64,000 nucleotides of DNA from Octopus sinensis (taxonomy: Eukaryota), in assembly GCF_006345805.1 (NCBI RefSeq), contig NC_043015.1:50158001-50222000 (forward strand). Direction: 5' to 3'. The notes beneath the pieces were generated by a model. It was not told where the DNA came from and searched no databases. It saw nothing but the letters and a program-made list of their open reading frames with translations. Shown in pieces: positions 11,473-24,721 of the stretch. Made by a program: the position numbers and the translations under genes. How positions within the stretch are numbered: position 1 is the stretch's first letter; each line of letters opens with the position of its first letter.

Positions 11473-12129
11473 CAATGGTTCTCAGCCATTTTCCCTTTTT
11501 TTTTTTTTTTTTTACCTATGGACCCTTTTATTACTCTTTTATTAATTTGATTACCATTTTATCCAGTGGGTCTCCATAGTCATTGAATGCTTCAAAATTG
11601 GTTTTATAGATACACCTTTCAAAATTCCTATTTTGTTTTTTGCATGTTCCCTTGTGATAGGTTACCAATGTCACTTACTGAAGAAAGATGTTTCCATGAC
11701 TGGAAACACGTTGAACTAATGTTAAGCATTAGAGAAAGAAACACAGTTGTTTCTTGAATTAAATACATCTAAATAGGGCTGTGGAGTCGGAGTCGAAGAC
11801 AGTTAAGGGGTAGCTGGAATCAGAATCGGTAAAACTACACCGATTCCGACTCTGACTCTCAATATCTTTATTCTTTAATATAAACCAGTTTTAACATATA
11901 GGCCTTCTCAAAGTACAAGCGTATGCATATGCTTTATGAGGCATGTAGACCACAATCACTTAAGTACATAAAAAGGAGTCGCAGTCAGTTTTTTATTTTG
12001 ACTCCACAGCCCTGCATCTAAGGCAAACATTTTTCATGGACCCTTAAGATATTACAGCGGATTTCCAATTTACCATTTCACTTGCATGGATCCCATAAAT
12101 CTTAAATGGACTCTAGTTGAGAACCACTA
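11473..12129. mobile_element. hAT (Charlie-like) MITE containing a nested hAT MITE
   Basis: Outer ends CAATGGTTCTCAGCC / GTTGAGAACCACTA; the TSD is degraded. Confidence 0.6.
11774..12014. mobile_element. hAT MITE with 8-bp TSD
   Basis: TIRs TAGGGCTGTGGAGTC / GACTCCACAGCCCTG; flanks CATCTAAA and CATCTAAG. Confidence 0.85.
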
Positions 12130-13002
12130 CATTAAAAAGTTTATTGAAAAACTCTAATAATTGACAGTATCTCTGAGCTTTTTCAGAACAATCAGACCCC
12201 AACTATATCAACCTTTTAGCATTCAGGTTATTCTGTCAAACATGCTGCTTATTTGGAATAAAGATTGTTTGCTAACATAACATGGCAGTCCTGGTTTAGG
12301 ACAAATGTTGCTGTAATTTAACCCCAGGAGACATTGTCTCCAGCTGGCTATACAACATGATCTGTGTCCTTATATTTTCAATCAAGGGAATCTAGCACCC
12401 CAACTCAACTCAAAACAATATCTTTGTATCGCGATTTCCAGGTTATTTCCTTTCATCAGTACAGAATAATTGTTCGTCTAGAGGTGGCGCTGCCAAATTC
12501 CTGTTTGAAATATACAGTTTTCAAAGTGACAACTAGTCACTGATCTTATTTATTCACAGTATTTTGAATTAATCACACATTATCTTGTAGCTTTAAGATT
12601 TCAGTGGTGTGTTGTTACATTTTTAGAATGATATTGTAGGGTAAGTGTGAGAGGTTGGATCTGGTTGCTTTCAACATAACACATGAGCATATTTGGGCTG
12701 GCTATGGCTGGATTAACTGCTTCCATTAGGAAGGTCACCAAGCCATAAAAACCATAACAGAACAGACCTTGGCAGTGTTGATGCTGTGTAAAAAGCACCC
12801 AATTCACTCTGTAAAGTGGTTGGTGTTAGGAAGGGCATCCAGTCATAAAATCCACACCGAAACAGACAACAAAGCATGGTGCAGTCTGGTGGGAGTGGGG
12901 TGCAGGCATGTTCTTTCACTTGTGTAATGCCATGTAGTCTTTATTTACCCCCCCCCCTTGCCTCACAACCTTACTCATTATTTGTCTGGTTTTTATCTAT
13001 GT

Positions 13003-13300
13003 CTGTCTATCCATCTATCTTTCTATCTAACTATCTATCTATTAATCCCTCTCACTCTGTGTATGTATGTTTCTATCTATCTATATACCTACCTATATCT
13101 CTATTTATCTCTCTCTCTCTTGCTATCTATCTATCTACCTGTCTGCCTATCTATCTATCTGTCTATCTACCTATCTGTCTATCTACCTATCTGTCTATCT
13201 ACCTATCTGTCTATCTACCTATCTGTCTATCTACCTATCTGTCTATCTATCTATCTACCTATCTATCTACTACCTATCTGTCTGTCTATCTACCAGTCTA

Positions 13301-13331
<31 letters not shown>

Positions 13332-13358
13332 GTCTGTCTATTATCTATCTATCTATAT
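13003..13358. repeat. Compound (TATC)/(TGTC)/(TACC) tetranucleotide microsatellite
   Basis: Directly visible; it ends about 50 nt before the last-exon acceptor of the ATPase beta gene. Confidence 0.95.
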
Positions 13359-13410
13359 GTAAAATTCTTTTATTTTATCTCATTCTTGTTTCATTTTCTT
13401 TTCTTTACAG

Positions 13411-13647
13411 AGATCCACAGACAGGGAAAATATTCGTGATATCAACTATTTTCCGAAATATGGCTTCCCAATCAAATACTTCCCCTACCTCAACCAAAAG
13501 GGCTATCATGCTCCCATCGTAATTGTTGAGTTGAAAGTTAAACGTGGAATATTACTGATGATTGAATGTAGAGCTCATGCCCAAAATATCGTTGTTGATC
13601 GATTAGAAAGGCAGGGTGCTGTTCATTTTGAACTTCTTATTGATTAA
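13411..13647 (+). CDS. Na+/K+-ATPase beta subunit, terminal coding exon
   Basis: Acceptor ttttctttacag; 79 codons including TAA. Translates RSTDRENIRDINYFPKYGFPIKYFPYLNQKGYHAPIVIVELKVKRGILLMIECRAHAQNIVVDRLERQGAVHFELLID*, with the hallmark YFP..GF...YFPY.NQ.GY..P.V motif, the IEC(R) motif and a C-terminal G.V.FEL.ID. Confidence 0.97.
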   Translation, partial: RSTDRENIRDINYFPKYGFPIKYFPYLNQKGYHAPIVIVELKVKRGILLMIECRAHAQNIVVDRLERQGAVHFELLID

Positions 13648-13945
13648 GTTGGTCCATTAAAAAAAAAAATAAATAAATAAAGTAATAATAATAATAAAAA
13701 GAAAGTTAAAAAAAAGCCACCGATAAAAACCACTTCAAAAAATATAAAAATAATAAAAAAAAGAATTTCTATAAAAAATTTTGAAAAATAACAAAAAGAA
13801 AGAAAACACCATCAAACAAGTAAGGTGTGGGGGAAGTTAAGAATCTTGAAGATTACAATCTCGTAGTGAGATGCTTACAAAAAAAAGTTAACTTTTATTG
13901 GTTCATATCTTTGTATTAGCTGTATAATTATAATTATAATAATTA

Positions 13946-13978
<33 letters not shown>

Positions 13979-14226
13979 GTCAAAATAATGTTATCCAGGG
14001 TGATGAAATATGTCTTAGGGAGTCATTCTACTGTCAGGAAACCTTGAACATAAACGTTTTCGCCATCAAAATATGGCAAGACATTTCCTTTCTCCTTCCC
14101 AATTTTTTTCTTTCTTTCTTTCTTTCCTGATTTCCTGATCACTTGTTAATGAAGTTAGCAAATATTGAGGATTAAAAATTTTTCTATAAGATTTTGGACA
14201 GTTAGGAAATGTGTTATATATATATA

Positions 14227-14266
<40 letters not shown>

Positions 14267-14300
14267 CACATATAAGATTTTGGAAAGTTAGGAAATGTGT

Positions 14301-14349
<49 letters not shown>

Positions 14350-15223
14350 CATTATATGTGTGTGTGTGTGTGGGTTTCCATCATTGTATATTCTTCAGAA
14401 GAAAGCCTTTAAACACTGCTCGTGAGAAGCTGAACAAAACAACATTTGACAAAAAGCTGATGATAAGATTACAAAAGCAGAAAATTTGATGCAAGAAAAA
14501 TACTGTAAATACACACACACACACACACACACTCTCCCTCCCAATTTTCTATCTATCTATCTTTCCATTGAGCTAGCCATCTTTCTATCTGTCTCTCCTC
14601 TTTAATCTCGATCCTGTAACAATTGCTCTTCTAGTGTGATTTCCTGCATTGATTGATTGATCTGTTGAGAATCGAAAGAGCAAACAACACTCAAAGGGAT
14701 ATTTATCGCTAACAGTCTCGAATCTAGATCGTATTACCATCGATCGTCGTTTCCTAATCAATAAATAATCATTAGTTCTTTCCTCAGAGCTATGGTGTCA
14801 AACGAAACTTCAAATCAAAACAACTCTTTTTAAGCATGTTTCATCTTTTTTTTTTTTTTTCTTTCATCTGAAATAATTTTCGACGGACTTAAATTGAGTA
14901 AAATTATAGGTTACCTCCCCTGGAATTTTTCAAAAGAAAAAAAGATTTTTTTTTTTTTTTTGTTTTTAAGTTTAAAAATGTGTAGAACGTTTTAGAATGC
15001 TATGGGCATTTCTCTTGTTGAACATTAATATTAATATTTTTTTTTTTGTTGGTTTATATGTAGTTTCACAACACTAATTCAAACTGTACCCTGCCATTCA
15101 ACTCATGTGTGTGCAATCACTGTTGAACCAAAATTGTGCAGCTAAGCCACTTATTACAGTCTTACAGGAATTCTCTTTGTCTTGTTTCCATTCCTTCTTC
15201 TTCTCCTTCTCTCTCTCTCTCTC

Positions 15224-15285
<62 letters not shown>

Positions 15286-15604
15286 CTCAAATTCTTGGTC
15301 TAGCCAGCAGTGATTTTTTTTTTTTCTTACAAGCACCATATTGGTTTGTCTTTGAGCAGTTTTAACATTTTAACATATTTCATACATGGAAAAAGCTGAC
15401 CTAAATTTGTTTTCTACGGCTACTGTTTTTAAGTTTACATACTTTTTGTTTTTTCTACTTTAAAGACATTTAGGAAATTTCAATTCTCATATCATTCATA
15501 TCTTCCGCATTTCTTACATGAATCTGTATATATTTGGTTTTCACTGAAATATAAGCATTTTTTCATTTTAGTCTATTGTGTATATATATATATACATATA
15601 TATA

Positions 15605-15661
<57 letters not shown>

Positions 15662-16179
15662 GTCTTTTCCAAGCCAGTTACATACACTGTTTATAAGGCT
15701 GTTCATTATTTCAATTAAAATATGTATGTATTTTTTTAAATAGTTCACATTATAACTAGAAAAATAATTAGTATAAATTCTACATTTTGCTAGAAAATTA
15801 AAAAAAAATTTTTAACAGTTAGTTAAAAGCAAGCATTCATCTCATATAGATCTGCTTTTTTTTTTTTTAATATATATATATCTACCCCCTCTCTACATTT
15901 GGGCATTTAATAAAGCATATTAACATTACAATTGGAAAATGCCCATTTTTATTTTGGCTTGTCTGATTTCTTCCTTCTCATTTCAATGATACGTAATTAT
16001 ATTTCTCTTTTTTTTTTTTAGTTTTCTTTCCCATTTTTTTTTTCTTTCAAAAGGATAAAAAAAATTCCCCCTGTCCTAAGAGTTATTCTAATGATAAACA
16101 CTGGTGTGTTAAACCTATATATTTATATACAGGCATCCACATGTACACGTGCGTGCGTGTATGAGTATACATATATATA

Positions 16180-16222
<43 letters not shown>

Positions 16223-16995
16223 CTCCAAGCATGGATTTTCTGGTTGGGAGCAACAAGAAAATGTAGTTTTTAGAATATCTAGTGATTCAGATTACTGGTG
16301 AAGGCAATCTTATTTATTTTGATTTTTATTATTTTTTTTAATTAAATCTATATCTTGTTATTTCACTGTTAGTTTCTTATTGTGGCTACCATGTAAATAT
16401 ATTTTCCAGATTTGCAGGAAAATTTAATCTTTCGTTTAATATTCATGTGTCACACATTTAAAAAAAAAAATCATTTTTATTTAGAAATATGTAAAAAAAA
16501 AAAAATTATTATTACTGTATTATTATTATTATTATCATTATTATTAACATTATGATTTGAAATAATGGAATAAAGTTAATAACGGATTTAAATTACTTTT
16601 TAAAAAAATGTTTTTGCTATATATTTTAGAATTCTTTTATATTTTTTTTTTTTTTTTTTTCTTTTCTTTTGCACACAAGACTTTAATAATAGCACACTTT
16701 TCTAAGAAAAGAGCTCGCTACTGTTATCTCTGTCATTTAACCGAAGCAAAGATATTCATTTTTAAGATGTGTATTTCATTGTAGATAGTTTATGGGAGAA
16801 AACAGGCCTTGAAATTGGCAGGCATAGAATAAATACTCTAGTTTTTTGTTTTTTTTTTTCTTCCCCCTCATTATTTTAATTTTTTTTTTTTTAATAGTCA
16901 ACTTGTACTTTAAACCTCACTTTTGTGTATTTTTTCTGAAATATCCTAAATAAACCATTAACCAAACACTGCTTCGTGTTTTTTTTTTTTTAATC

Positions 16996-17728
16996 TTAAC
17001 CCTTTAGCATTCAGATCATTTTGTCAAATGTACCATAAATCCTCGAGTATAATCCGCATTTTTTCCCAAAATTTAAAGGTCAAAATCCCTAGTGCGTACG
17101 ATATACGAAGTTAAAAATGAAAAATATTTTCTAAGCAATGTCCGAGTCTCTATTTGCTGTCCGGCAATGCTTATTCAGACGCATTTTATGATGTTGGGCG
17201 TGAAAATACCTTAAGCTACACCTGAAAGCAATGAAGTCATAAAAGAATCATCCATAACTTGCAGTAAGCAACATTTATTAAACGTTATTACTGTTATTTC
17301 TTTATTTTCTGCAAACAAAATGCACAAAAAGGCTACACGGTTGCATTATGTTATATATGCAATAATAATAAAGGATGTTACCATATACAGTTTTACAAAC
17401 CAAGGATGTTATATAGACCTCCTTGACTCAAGTTTGAGAAGGGGTGCGTATTATACACAAGGTTTAGGTTTTTCAGAGGTACAGCCCCCTAAAAATCCCC
17501 TACATATTATACTCGAAGATTTACGGTAATGCTTATTTATTCACATTGTTATTAATTAATCATGCATTATCTCATAGCTTCGATATTTCGATGATATGAT
17601 TGTTTATTTTTAGAGAATGACATTGTCAAGTTAGTGTGAAAGCCTGGATCTGGCCAGTTTGAACATAAAAAAAAAGCAAGTAGAATATTTGAGCCCATTT
17701 TGGTCAGTTTAGAATGCTAAAGGGTTAA
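16996..17728. mobile_element. piggyBac-type MITE interrupted by a Tc1/mariner-type MITE
   Basis: TTAA|CCCTTTAGCATTC ... GAATGCTAAAGGG|TTAA. Confidence 0.8.
17031..17528. mobile_element. Tc1/mariner (pogo-like) non-autonomous element, TA TSD
   Basis: TA|CCATAAATCCTCGAGTATAAT ... ATTATACTCGAAGATTTACGG|TA; a second copy lies at about 27791-28288. Confidence 0.8.
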
Positions 17729-18888
17729 TCAGTGTTGTGTTGCTATTTTAGATGTGCAAAGGGTGATATATGGTTTATATGAAACAACAATGATTTTTAA
17801 TTTTAAATCAAAGTTAGTTTTGTTTCATTTTTCTTAAAGAAAAATATTGCTATGCATCAAAACAAGTTTACGTAATTTCCTCAACTAGCATTCGAAAGAA
17901 AAATCAAACCACCAAGCAGTCTAACAAGCATACCATACAAGTTTGGACTTCCAACTTCTCAGTATTTTTCTTTTCCAGTTAAAATATTTACAAATTTTTC
18001 TTGTTGTTAAATGTTATTGCCTTTCTGGAAGACATTCGCCTCCCACTAACCATCCCCCCCGACTCATCTTAAATGAGATCCAAGCCTGCAATGCCTTGTT
18101 ATCTAGTATCCCATCATGGTTGATGGTAGAATTGTTAGTAAAAAAATTGTTACGTTTCAATAAGTTAAACTCAATTACTTCACTAGCTAATGCTTGCAAG
18201 GGAAGTTAATTATTATTATTATTATCATTATTATTATTCAGTGGTTCCTTGTTATTATTACTTTTAATAATATTCTGTCAGTTATTATATTAACAAATTA
18301 TTATGATTATCATCATCATCATTATTATGATTATGGACTGATTGCCCATGGAAATTTGGTCCTGCATTCCAAAGTTCACTTTTAATGCTAAATTTTACTT
18401 TATTTTTATTATTATTTAATTATTTATTTATTTTTTAGCTGTTGCAAATAACCCTTTGTTGATGGACCGCATGTATTATTATTAATAATAATAATAATAA
18501 TATTACTATCATTAATATTATTATTATTATTATTACTATTATTATTATTGTACCCAAGAAGTACAGTTCTAAATAAAGAACATTACAAACAAAGAAAGCT
18601 ATTATTTGTTTCTATTTTCCAGCTTAATTAATAAGTATTCATGCTATTTATTGTAAAGCAAGTTTATACCTTTTTTTTTCTTCTCAAAGCTGCAACATAT
18701 TTACGAAGCATCATCATCTTTCATTCAAACTATACATTCTAACTGATATTAGTTTTAGCATTGGCATCGTTTAACCAAAGATTTCTAATCAACTTAAGAG
18801 CAGATTTGATGATCAAAGAACACAGGTAGATCTTGTCTAAGTTATTGATTGGCAATTCAATATTTGTTACCTGTTTGTTATAAACATA

Positions 18889-19280
18889 GACGAAGGAGTG
18901 GCTGTGTGGTAAGTAGCTTGTTTACCAACCACATGGTTCCGGGTTCAGTCCCACTGCGTGACACCTTGGGCAAGTGTCTTCTACAATAGCCTCGGGCTGA
19001 CCAAAGCCTTGTGAGTGGATTTGGTAGACGGAAACTGAAAGAAGCCCATCATATATATGTATATATATGTGTGCGTGTATGTTTGTGTTTGTCCCCCTAG
19101 CATTGCTTGACAACCGATGCTGGTGTGTTTATGTCCCCGTCATTTAGCGGTTCGGCAAAAGAGGTCGATAGAATAAGTACTGGGCTTACAAAGAATAAGT
19201 CCCGGGGTTGAGTTGCTCAATTAAAGGCGATGCTCCAGCATGGCTGCAGTCAAATGACTGAAACAATTAAAAAAGAGTAT
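18889..19280 (+). mobile_element. tRNA-derived CORE-like SINE (family A), near full length
   Basis: A-box-like TGTGTGGTAAG, B-box-like GGTTCAGTCC, CORE-like CACCTTGGGCAAGTGTCTT, internal (TA)/(TG) tract and A-rich AAAAGAGT tail. Similar copies lie at 22171-22570(+), 23821-24210(-), 32370-32785(+), 38098-38507(+) and 49500-49867(-). Partial copies lie at 7230-8090, 9508-9668, 11275-11442, 43040-43370, 54340-54560 and 58300-58925. Confidence 0.85.
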
Positions 19281-20800
19281 ATTGACTGGAAGTGAAAGTT
19301 TAAGCTTTCCAATTTTAAAAAATTCTACCCCAAACCTCACTACATCACTACTCTTCCCTCTTTTTTTTTTGTTTTCGTTTTTGGTTCTGCATTTTATCAA
19401 CTTGTGGTAACCAACACAACTACCATTAATCTCATATTCCATCATCATCATTTAACCCTTTCGTTACTGTATTTATTTTGAGATACTCTGTGTTTCTTTC
19501 AATTACTTTAAATATAACAAAGAGTTTAGTAAAATAACTTAGTTATCATTCAGCTAGTGTTAGGAAAATAAATTGTGACTAAGGTTTGGTGGAAGATTTT
19601 AATTCAAAACTTATGAAAACAAGACATTTGTACTCAGAGCCAAAGCCGGTTTCAGCCGGGTTGGTAATGAAAGGGTTAATGTCCCTTTTTTTTCATATTG
19701 GTTTAGGCTGGAAAATTTGACAGGAACTGACAAGTGAGAAGGCTGTGCTGAGCTCCAGTATTTGCTTTGACACGGTTTCTACAGCTGGTTGCCCTTCCTA
19801 ATGCCAACCGCTTTGCCAGGTGTAAAAGGTAATGGGTAAAGACCCCCTTTGGCCATGAATAACCATGAAATTGCCCCTAAAAAGTTAACCTCTGAAGCAC
19901 AAGTCTGGGCAAGGTTGTTTATGGAAGACCAGTAGTCGCCCATGAATACTTGCCCCCATTATTGAAGTTAGATGTTACATTTAGTGAGGAATTAGCAGTT
20001 GCTCATTCACATGATTGTATTTGTTAGATTGGTTCCTGGAGGAACACCAAAATAAATCTGTCCTAGGTTGACATCTAAATTGCTATTTTTGCTTATATAA
20101 CAAAATAATACTAGTTCTCTCTACTATAGGCACAAGACCTGAAATTTGTGGGGAGGGGGTAAGTTTATCACATTAACCCCAAAACTTGACTGGTACTTAA
20201 TTCATCAACCCCTGGCACCATTTGAACTAAGAACATAAAGACGGACAAATGCTGCTAAGCATTTTGCTCAGCACACTAATTGGTTTTGCCAGCTCACTGA
20301 CCTAATAATAATAATAACTTTTCTAATTCAGGTACAAAGCCAGCAATTTTGGGGAAGGGTTCAAGGCCAGAAAACTTCAGTGAGTCAATTACATTGACAT
20401 CAGTGCCCAATTGACCACGAGAGGCTGAAAAGCAAAGTCAACCTTGGTGGAATTTGAACTCAGAATGTAAAGGTGGAAGAAATGTTGCTAAGCATTTTGC
20501 CTGGCATGCTAATGATTCTGCCAGCTTGTCATCTTGATGATAATAATAGTAATAATAATGGTTTCAAATTTTGCCATAAGGGTAGCAATTTTTGGGGAGA
20601 CGGTGAGTCAAATGATCCCAGTGTTCAACTTGTACTTATATCAACCCCGAAAGAATGAAAGGCAAAGTCAGCCATGGCAGAATTTGAACTCAGAACTTAG
20701 CAATGAGCAAAATACCACTAAGCATTTTGCCTGGTGTGCTAATTATTCTGTCAGCTCACCGTTTTAATATCAATTCTACTAATAATAATAGACAAAGAAA

Positions 20801-21104
20801 AAGCCAGATATAAGAATAATGGACAAGGAGAAGTAAATTTGATTACTGATTGATCCATCATGTCCATTTGATTCCAGGATAGTGAAGAAAGAAGAAAAAT
20901 TTTCAAAAATGCAACCCCTTAAGGTTTAAGATTGTGAGTATTTGGAATATGAAATCTGTAAAAGTTGTACCTGTGATAACTGGTGCAATAGGAACTGTGA
21001 GTGATGATATAGACAAATGGTTCGAGGAGACTGGAATGGAATGTTCTGTAGAGCTTCTACTGAAGGTTTGCCTCTTCAGAACAAAAAGGATTTTGAGCAT
21101 TTAA
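20801..21104 (+). mobile_element. RLE-type non-LTR retrotransposon (R4/Dong-like) endonuclease fragment
   Basis: Translates KPDIRIMDKEK*I*LLIDPSCPFDSRIVKKEEK, then across a frameshift KIVSIWNMKSVKVVPVITGAIGTV...CLFRTKRILSI*. This is a PD-(D/E)xK-type RLE C-terminus; it follows AATAATAATA. Confidence 0.75.
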
Positions 21105-21712
21105 TGGTTTATTGAAATCATGTGGATATCTACAGTTACAGGTAGTAATCCACCAATAAGATAAATTCTAACAGGTATAAAACCAAATCTGAGTCAAGAC
21201 AAATTAAATTACATGAGAAATAGATTTGAAGATACAAAGAAATGTAAAAGATTACTATTTTTTTTTTATAATACAAGATGGAAATTTATGTTCATCATTT
21301 AGTGTTTAGAATTGTGATCTGTATTATGAAATAAGAATTTTCTGGACAAGCTGAGTTGTAAATTATTCTTTATTCCAAGAAACCAATTCACTTTGCTTGT
21401 GAGAATGAATTCCAGTGTACAGACTCAACCAGAGTGTATGCTGTGTCCCTTCATCCCAGACACAGCTTTGTAATCTCCAATGTGGCTGTCCATATCACAT
21501 CTTACAGCCTTTATGATATCCAGAGAGCATTGAACAGCAGTCATGATGTTGGCATTTTGATACTCAATGCAAACTATCATGATAAAGGTAACTCTTTTCC
21601 AATATTGGTTTCAAATTTTGGCACAGGGCCAACAATTTCGGACGAAGGGGTAAGCTGATTACATTGACCCCAGTTTTCAACTGATCCTTCACTTATTGAC
21701 CCTGAAAGGATG

Positions 21713-21947
21713 TGTAGCATGTCAGGAAAGCTATCTTAGTTGTTACATAATAGCACAGTTGTGCTATGGCATTCTCCAACCAATCAGGGCTGGGTGCATA
21801 TGGATACTAGAGGTAGTTCTCTGCCCATGAAGTGAAGCATGCGTTTTTAACTACTTAGCAGAAAGACGGAGGAACAGCTCCTTGCTTTTCACACCAACTT
21901 TTGCACTGCTTGGTCTAACTTGGTCTAACTGCTCTCAACTTGCTACA
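21713..21947. mobile_element. Candidate solo LTR (235 bp)
   Basis: Ends TGTAGCA...TGCTACA (7-bp inverted termini, TG...CA); flanks GGATG / GCATG (4/5); it interrupts a SINE at GGATG. Confidence 0.55.
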
Positions 21948-24654
21948 GCATGAACAGCCTATTTTATTTATGACCATATATATATATGTATATAGTTCAC
22001 AAATGAAAATCCAATCTTCTCTGTATAGAATACACTTATTAGTGTTCAAGAGGTTTGAACTTGAGTGAGTAGAAAAGTAATGATAAGTATGAAGTAAGGA
22101 TATAAGGATAAGCATGATAGGCAGGTCAATATACAAAGTGTATTAAATACATGAAATACATGTATTTATAGGCGTAGGAGTGGCTGTGTGGTAAGTAGCT
22201 TGCTAACAAACAACATGGTTCTGGGTTCAGTCCCACTGCGTAGCACCTTGGGCAAGTGTCTTCTACTATAACCTCGAGCTGAACAAAGCCTTGTGAGTGG
22301 ATTTGGCAGATGGAAACTGAAAGAAGCCCGTTGTATATATGTATGTATGTGTGTGTATATGTTTGTGTGTCTGTGTTTGTCCCCTCCCCCAACATTGCTT
22401 GACAACCGATGCTGGTGTCTTTATGTCCCTGTAACTTAGTGGTTTGGCAAAAGAGACCGATATAATAAGTACTAGGCTCATGAAGAATAAGTCCTGGGGT
22501 CGATTTGGTTGACTAAAGGTGGTACTCCAGCATGGCCACAGTCAAATGACTGAAACAAGTAAAAGAGTACAAAAAATGCATATATGTTTACATAGAAAAA
22601 GGTCTGACTTACACAGAATAGAAATGATATGAAGAATTAAAGGGGTTGAAGAAAAGCATAACAAACCCAACAGCTGTTTCTGGGGGCTCGATGGTCCAAA
22701 ATGATGTGTGTCGATTGATTCCATCATTGGATGAGATGAGCTTCTGTCTTCAAGGAAGAAATCTTACATTTGAGGTGTTGACAGAAAGAAGTTCAAAGAT
22801 GGAATGATTTTGTGGAGAGCTAAGTGTATTAGAGGGGGGGAATTGGGGAGGTATTCAGATACAAAAATATATATACATACACACATAATGCTTCCACACA
22901 GTTTCCATCTACCAAATTTATTCACAAGGTGTTGACTGGCCTGGGGCTATAGAAGAAGATGCTTGTCCAAAGTCCTGCGTTAGTGGAACTGATCCAGAAA
23001 CCACATGGTTGTGAAGTAAGCTTCTTACCCACACAGCCAATTAATTATTAGATTAATACTTAAACTTTAAAAGTAAATATTAAAATTAATAATTAACATT
23101 TTTCAAGCTCACCACCTTATAATAGTTTCAATGTTTGACCCAAAGCCAGCTATTTTGGGAGAGGGGTTAAGCCGATTACATCGACCCAGTACTTGACTGG
23201 TACCTGAAGGGATGAAAGGCACAGTCAACTTCAGTGGCATTTAAACCCAGAAGAAGAGAGGAAAACAATTATAAAATGAATTCCTCACCCTTTTATTTAA
23301 CAGGTCAATAGATTCTCCATCGGTTATGACAACAAGGGTTCCAGTTGATTTGATCACCGGAACAACCTTCTCAGAAAATTAACGCGGAAGTGGCTGAGCA
23401 CTCCAGTCACACATACCCTTAATATAGTTCTCAGGGAGATTCAGCATGACACAGAATGTGACAAGACTGGCCCCTTTGAAATACAGGTACAACTCATTTT
23501 AGCCAGGTGAGCAGACTGAAGCAACGTGAAATAAAGTATCTTGATCAAGGATACAATGTGTCACTGGGAATTGAACTTATGACCTTACAATTGTGAGCTG
23601 AACACACTAACCACTAAGCCACATGCCTTAAGCAGAAAATACACCAAATTTTGGAATTAATAAAAGAATTCTTATTAAATCTCACAGAGCTCATAAAATA
23701 CAGGGTGTCCCAGAATTAATTATCTATTTCAATGAAATTAGGCAAATTGTAAAACATCTGACAGAATTTTATGTCTGTTACTTAATTATGATACCAAAAT
23801 GAATAGATTTATAAATATTATACTCTCTTTTACTCTTTTACTTGTTTCAGTCATTTGGCTGCAGCCATGCTGGAGCACCGCCTTTAGTCAAGCAAATCGA
23901 CCCCGGGACTTATTCTTTGTAAGCCCAGTACTTATTCTATAGGTCTCTTTTGCCGAACTGCTAAGTGACGGGGACGTAAACACACCAGCATCGGTTGTCA
24001 AGCAATGCTAGGGGGACAAACACAGACACACAAACATATACACACACATACATATATATATACAACGGGCTTCTTTCAGTTTCCGTCTACCAAATCCACT
24101 CACAAGGCTTTGGTTGGCCCAGGACTATAGCAGAAGACACTTGCCCAAGATGCCACGCAGTGGGACTGAACCCAGAACCATATGGTCGGTTAGCAAGCCA
24201 CTCCTGCGCCTATGTTAAAACTTTATTTAAAATTTTCAACATGTGGTCCATCAGAACAACTTGCTCATGAAATTAATGTGGAAGTGGCTGAGCACTCTAC
24301 AGTCACATGTACCCTTAGCGTAGTTCCCAGGGAGATTCAGTGTGACACAGAATGTGACAAAGCTGGCCCTTTGAAATATGTGTGCAGGAGTGGCTGTGTG
24401 GTAAGTAGCTTGCTTACCAACCACATGATTCCGGGTTCAGTCACACTGTGTGGCACCTTGGGCAAATGTCTTGTACTTAGCCTCAGGCCGACCTAAGCTG
24501 TATGAGTGGATTTGGCAGACAGAAACTGAAAGAAGTCCATCGTATATATATATAATATATATATATATTATATATATATGTATATGTATATATACATACA
24601 TATATATATATATATGTGTATATATATATGTATATTGTATATGTATATATATAT

Positions 24655-24721
<67 letters not shown>

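Noticed and set aside
11685-11725. CTGAAGA...GAAA CACG TT string
   Set aside because: Helices I and II do not pair in this copy.
12876-13522. 134-187 aa ORFs rich in LSIY/LSVC
   Set aside because: They derive from a tetranucleotide microsatellite; the true exon (13411-13647) is in a different frame.
18739-18870. Minus-strand 43-aa candidate terminal exon (VTNIELPINNLDK...)
   Set aside because: A short ORF of chance length with no homology recognised and no linked exons.
19990-20075. Minus-strand exon-like peptide DVNLGQIYFGVPPGTNL
   Set aside because: Better explained as a decayed LINE RT motif (GVPQGS.L); the splice sites are weak.
21362-21590. Open frame KPIHFACENEF...NANYHDK with an AAG|GTAACT donor
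   Set aside because: No recognisable protein family. The opposite strand weakly resembles a LINE AP-endonuclease relic (DMDSHIG...TLEF). Unsupported without transcripts.
22600-22800. Possible minus-strand exon ending at a GTAAGT donor
   Set aside because: No identifiable product and an ambiguous frame; it may be a decayed LINE.
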